Part shown: in pieces, positions 58,628 to 64,000 of the stretch | Numbering within the stretch: position 1 is the first letter of the stretch | How the letters are laid out: each line of letters starts with the position of its first letter | Origin: the human T2T-CHM13v2.0 reference genome, Homo sapiens | Assembly (NCBI RefSeq): GCF_009914755.1 | Contig: NC_060947.1 | Reading direction: 5' to 3' (one strand) | Length of the DNA: 64,000 nt | The notes under the pieces: generated by a model | Database searches by the model: none | The model's input: the letters and a program-made list of their open reading frames with translations, nothing else | What the model was told of the DNA's origin: nothing | Position numbers and translations under genes: made by a program

Positions 58628-60385
58628 CTTTTTTTTTTATAAGTTTATGCAGTAAATGTGAAACTTTGTTACATGTATATAATGTGTAGTGATCAAGTCA
58701 GGGTACTTAGGATGTAATTTAGGGTGCGACATTTTCATGAAGTATTGTCACTGTATTAGTCTGTCCTCATGCCGCTGTGAAGAAATACCCAACACTGGGT
58801 AATTTATAAAGGAAACAGGTTTAATTGACTCACAGTTCAGCATGGCCGGGGAGGCCTCCGGAAAGTTACAATCATGACAGAAGGCAAAGGAAAAGCAGGC
58901 GCCTTCTTCACAGGGCAGCAGGATGGAGTGAGTGCAAGCAGGGGTAAGGCCAGACTCTTATAAAACCATCAGATCTCGTGAGACTCACTCACTATCACGA
59001 GAACAGCATGGGGGAAACCTCCTCCATGATCTGATTACCTCCACCTGGTCCCTCCTTGACATGTGTGGATTAAAATTCAAGATGAGATTTTGGGTGGGGA
59101 CACAGCCACCTACTTTTCTTCAGCCTCCCTTCTCCCCCGACTCACCCTTACCAGTCTCTGTTATCTCTCTTTCCACTCTCCACCTCCATATGATCAAAGT
59201 TAGCTCCCAGATGTGATATTTGTCTTATTGTCCCTGGGTTATTTCACTTAAGATAATGACCTCCAGTTCCATCCATGATGCTACAAATGAGAAGATTTCA
59301 TTCTTTTTATAGCCAAATAGTATTCTATTGTGTATATGTACCACATTTTCTTTATCCATTTATTCATTAGTGGACATTTAGGTTGATTCCATGTCTTTGC
59401 TCTTGTGAATAGTGCTGCAATCCCTTTGATATATTAATTTCTTTTCCTTTGGGTAAATACCCAGTAGTGGGATTGCTGGATCAAAATAGTAATTCTATTT
59501 TTCATTTTTCGAGAAGCCTTCATAATGTTTTCCATAGTGGCTGTTTTAGTTTACATTCCCAGCAACAATGTATACAAGTTCCCCTTTTTCCACATTCTCT
59601 CCGATGTCTGTTATTTTTTGTCTTTTTAATAGTAGCTATTAAGAATGGGGTAAGATGACATCTCATGATGGTTTTGATTCGCATTTCTTCTGATGATTAG
59701 TGATGTTGAGCATTTTTCATATATCTGTTGTCCATTTGTATATCTTCTTCTGAGAAATATCTATTCATGTCCTTTGACCACTTTTTAATGGATTACTTGT
59801 TTGTTTGTTTGTTTGTTTCCTGTTGATTTGAGTTCCTTGTACTTTCTGGACATTATTATTCCCATATCAGGTGCATATTTTGAAAATATTTTATCCCATT
59901 CAACAGGTTGTCTCTACTTTCATTTGCTGTTCAGAACTTTTTTAGTTTAAGCCCCATTTGTTTATTTTTGTTTTTGTTACCTGTGTTTTTGAGGTCTTAC
60001 CCCAAAATCTTTGCCCAGACCAATGTCCTGAAGTATTTCTCCAATGTTTTCTTCTGGTAGTTTCATAGTTTCAGGCTTTACATTTAAGTATTTAATCTAT
60101 TTTGATTTTTTTATGTGGTGAGATATAGGGGTCTACTTTCATTTTTCTGCATACAGATAGCCAGTTTTCTCAGCACCATTCATTGAAGAGACATCATTTT
60201 CCTATTGAATGTTCTTGGCATCTTTGTTGAAAATCAGTTGGATGTAAGTACATGAATTTATTTCTGGGTTCTGTTCTATTGGTCTATGTGTCTGTTTTTA
60301 TGCCAGTACTATGCAGTTTTTGTTACTATAGCTTTGTAGTGTATTTTGAAGTCATAGTGTGATGTCTCCAGCTTTATTCCTTTTC
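58628..60385 (-). mobile_element. L1MA-type 3' portion
   Basis: Antisense L1MA 3'UTR and ORF2 end. Confidence 0.85.
58752..59108 (-). mobile_element. THE1/MST MaLR solo LTR
   Basis: tgtattagtctgtcctcatgc...ggtttaattgactcacagttc...gagattttgggtggggacacagcca. Confidence 0.88.
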
Positions 60386-60389
60386 AACA

Positions 60390-61445
60390 ATTTAATTTTT
60401 ATGTGCCTTGTGGTTTTCTACATGTTTAGTCTTCTTGGAGTTTGTTGAGCTTTTGATCTGTGGGTTTATAGCTTACAGTAAATTTTGAAAAATTTTGGCC
60501 ATTATTTCTTTGAATATTTTTTTTGCACCCCCTTCTGAGTCCCCTAGATCACTGAGATTCTGTTTATTATTTTCAATCTTCATTTCATATAGATTTAATT
60601 GTTATGTTTTGAAGTTTACTAACCTTTTCTTCTGTAAAGTCTAATTAGTGTTACTCCTATCCAGTGCAATTTTCATTTCAGGTACTATATTTTTCTGCAC
60701 TGGAAGTTCCATTTGGCTCACATTTTATTGCTTCTTAGTGTATCTGACAATTTTTTGATTGGATTCTGGACACTGTCAATGTTACATCATTGAGTGGATT
60801 TTATCTTCTTCAAAGACTGTGGCACTTTGTTTTGACAGAGAAGCAAGTTGTCTGTCACTCTGTTTTGTCTCTTTAAGTTTTGTTTTTAAGCTTTGCTGGA
60901 GGAGGTCCAGAGTAGCCTTTTCTCTGGGGATACCTCAGATTTATTACTAATGTATGATCCCTCTGGGGTCTCCATTGAATGACATAGATAACTACTGAGG
61001 ATTCTTTACTCCTCTGGGCCAGAGTTTGAATGTCTGCTAGTCTTGTGTGAGTTCTGAGCATAGTTCTTTTAAAACTTCCCAGTTGTTCTTTGCTCACTCT
61101 AGTACTCAGTAAAGACCTAAGGAGAGCCCATGTCAGATTTCTGGAGTTCTTTCTCCATGCAGTTGCCTCATCTCTGGTACTCTGTCCCGCACATTTTAGC
61201 TACTTCAGCCTCCTTGAACTTTAATCTCCAATTCTTCAACTCAGGGAAACTTCTTTGCTCTGCTTGAGTCACTCCTCCATGCTCCAAGGTTTGGGCTTAC
61301 CTCATTTCTTTCTTTATCTGTGATGCCATGCGTGTTGCCTCTTGTCTAGTGCCTAAAATTAGTTCTTTCGTATGTTGTATCCAACTTCCAGTTGCTTATG
61401 GTGGAAGAGTAATTCCAGATTCTGTTACTTCTTCAAGGCCAGAGA
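60390..61445 (-). mobile_element. Old L1M 5'/ORF1-region fragment
   Basis: ttggccattatttctttgaatattttt and T-rich L1M-like sequence. Confidence 0.55.
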
Positions 61446-61827
61446 TTTACTTTTATGTTTTCCAAGCTTTTTGAAATAAGTATAAATCAATTTTCTAAAA
61501 AAATATTAAAAATTACATTGTAAAGAAAAATGACATGCACACGTGTGCAAGACACCTACACCATGAAGAATATTCCAGAGCATAGGTTTGGCCCATGGGT
61601 GCTGTCTGTGCTCCTTCAGGCTTCAGACTCAGACCTATGCTTATAATTCCTGGAAATCCACAAATTCACCTCATGACTAATTGCTTTTCATTACTTGAAA
61701 GTATCTATGTGTTGGAGGAAAAATTTGGCTACAATCAAGGAAAGGTAGCAAGTTGAGTCTCATCTGGTTACTGAGATTGTGTACTTCTTATTCTTTCCAA
61801 ATTCTTCAGTGGTGCCAAGGTCTCTTA

Positions 61828-61846
61828 CGGACACTAGAGGGCGCTC
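61828..61846 (+). promoter_or_regulatory. Candidate CTCF motif
   Basis: cggacactagagggcgctc vs consensus TGGCCACCAGGGGGCGCTA; CpGs retained. Confidence 0.5.
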
Positions 61847-62421
61847 TTTCACTGAGAATGACATACTCTCCCTTACCGATTGCCTCAGTTTGCACCAGCT
61901 CTAAGATGGAATCTTGCTGGATCTTAGTTCTTTAGTTGCAGCCCGGGCTTGCCCTGCCACAGGGCCCCAGGTGGCCTGTTCCCCCATCTCTGCAGTACCA
62001 GACCTATCCATTTCAAAGGCCAAATTTCTTTCCGCTCCTATCCCCACTCTCAGAATGATTCAGCCTGGCTTCCCGGGATACCTCCTAGCACCAGGGCTAC
62101 CCTATTTTATTTCCTCTTCGCCAGTGGTCGCTGAGGAAGGAGGTCTGGGTCACTGGGTATTCCTCTTCAGGCTGAAAGTTTCTCTAAGGTCCATTATACA
62201 GATTTAAAATCAGAGAAATGGATTCCCCAACAATTCCATGTGCTACAAAGCTTCTCTGGGGGTGCACCCAGGAACTGTGAGAAGTGACCCACTGGATCAT
62301 CCTGGGACAAGTCTCTACCTGTATCCGGATCTTGGCCTCTTCATTTGTATATTGAGGCAGGTAGGTATGACAATGTCTAGCAAGAGCACAGGGAGAGCAG
62401 GGGTAGTGATGGGGGCTGGAA

Positions 62422-62719
62422 TTTTTTTTTTTTTTTTTGAGACAGGGTCTCACTCTGTCACCTAGGCTGGAGTGCAGTGGTGCTGTCACTGTGTTCTCAA
62501 CTTCCCAGGCTCAAGTGATCCTCCTACTTCAGCTTCCCAAGTAGCTGGGACTACAGGCGTGCGCCACCATGCCCAGCTATTTTTTTTTTTTTAATCTTTT
62601 GTAGAGACAGTGTCTTACTATGTTACCCAGGCTGGTCTCAAACTCCTGCACTCAAGTTATCCTCCCACATTGGCCTCCCCAAGTGTTAGGATTACAGGCA
62701 TGAGCCACCTCACCTGGCC
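62422..62719 (-). mobile_element. AluJ
   Basis: gagacagggtctcactctgtcacc...ctcaagtgatcctcctac. Confidence 0.9.
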
Positions 62720-62959
62720 TTGGAATTTTTCGTATGCAAGGAGTTAGCCTAATTAGACCTCTCCTGTCTGGAAAGAGGATAAGGAGAAAAATTTGAATCC
62801 ATAAATTCAGCATGAGCATGGAGACGGTAACCAGGGTCTTGGGCACCTAATTACTGGCATATATTAGTGACTCAAGAAACATTTATGGAAACATGAAAAA
62901 AAATAAAGGAGTGGATAGATGTCAGAATAAGAAAACTAAGGGATATCCATTAAGGCTTG

Positions 62960-63095
62960 GAAGCAATGCTTTACATTAGAATAAAGGCCCTAAGGAGTGA
63001 AGTGATTTGCCCGGAATCACAGGGCTAGTTAAAGGCAGAGCCAGTACTTGAATTCCAGAGTTCTGATTTCTGGTCTAGAGTTCTCCCGACTCCAA
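62960..63095 (-). mobile_element. MIR
   Basis: gtgaagtgatttgcccggaatcacagggctagttaaaggcagagcc. Confidence 0.7.
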
Positions 63096-64000
63096 TATGC
63101 AGCACAAAGCCCTTGAATATACGCTGGGAGGTTGGTAGAAGTTAGGCATCATTGGTCACCTCATGGTGAATCACTGCTAGTGCTGGCTGGAAACCAGTAC
63201 TTTTCCGGGGCTCCAGCATCCCCAGCCATCCATCCTAACTGCCTGCGGCGGAATTCCTCTTTGCATTGCTTGCGTCGTTCTACACGCTGGGGGTGCTGTT
63301 GTTTAACTAGTGGACTCATTTGCTCAGTTATTTTCCATTTGCATCATTGGGGGTGCCCTGATGTAGATTGGGGGCTGTTCAAACGTTTTCAGGTGTGACT
63401 AAACTTGGCTGCTAACCCCTCCTGGGCTTCTGCCCAAAATAACAGGCCACTGGTCCCTCAGGTACCTTCTCAGATCACTTAAAGATGAACTCTTAAGCAT
63501 TTGGGAATTGTGAACTCTGTTGAGAATCAGAAAACTGCAGATGCACGAAATGTGGCATTCAGGGGGTCTGCTGCTGCTGAACAGATCGTGGCCATGGATT
63601 AAAAACCTCTGCTTTTCTCGGACACGTTTTTAATCCTGAGAAAATGTGAACATAGAAACCATGTTAGGAATAATTGGCACACAGAATGACTGCATTTGGA
63701 GGAGCAACAACATTTCTACTGGAGAACAGGGCGGGACTACAATGGGTGGGGGGTGGGAGGATAGAGGATTTCAAATGCTTCAAAGGAAGTCTTTTCCCAG
63801 TGGTCCGTTCCATCTTTTGCGGAGAGTGCCAGAGGCACACATCTCAGAGAGTCGTGACTGTGTCATTATGTTCTCGTCAGCACAGATGATTCAGTCAATG
63901 TATAAGCAAGCACAGTTGCATTTTATACGACTTTCAAATCAGTTCATTTCCAAGTCAGAAAAATCTTCCAGCAAGTCTGATCACCACACACACAGGGCAG

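Overview
Primate (human-like) genomic DNA, mostly interspersed repeats: AluJ/S/Y, L1PA/PB/M, L2, MIR, MaLR and ERVL LTRs, and a MER66-like ERV1 provirus nested in Tigger1. I see no intact protein-coding gene, RNA gene or CRISPR array, and the long ORFs are L1 ORF1/ORF2 or Tigger remnants. The main candidate discovery is in the non-repeat islands between about 2.2 and 30.1 kb. Read on the minus strand, they give heavily decayed pieces in the order expected for a transmembrane SEA-domain mucin: possible leader exons, a ~2.8 kb Pro/Thr/Ser-rich block with a furin-type RxxR motif, one fairly convincing and one weaker SEA relic, and a transmembrane exon with good splice sites. This reading is manual and needs several frameshift corrections, so it is a hypothesis (ancient unprocessed pseudogene), not a demonstrated gene. 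Other observations: two inverted L1PA copies share substitutions at the same RT catalytic aspartates, different Alu subfamilies occupy the same site in two adjacent L1 copies, and there are several local templated duplications. Repeat subfamily names come from recalled consensus motifs, and boundaries of old repeats are approximate.
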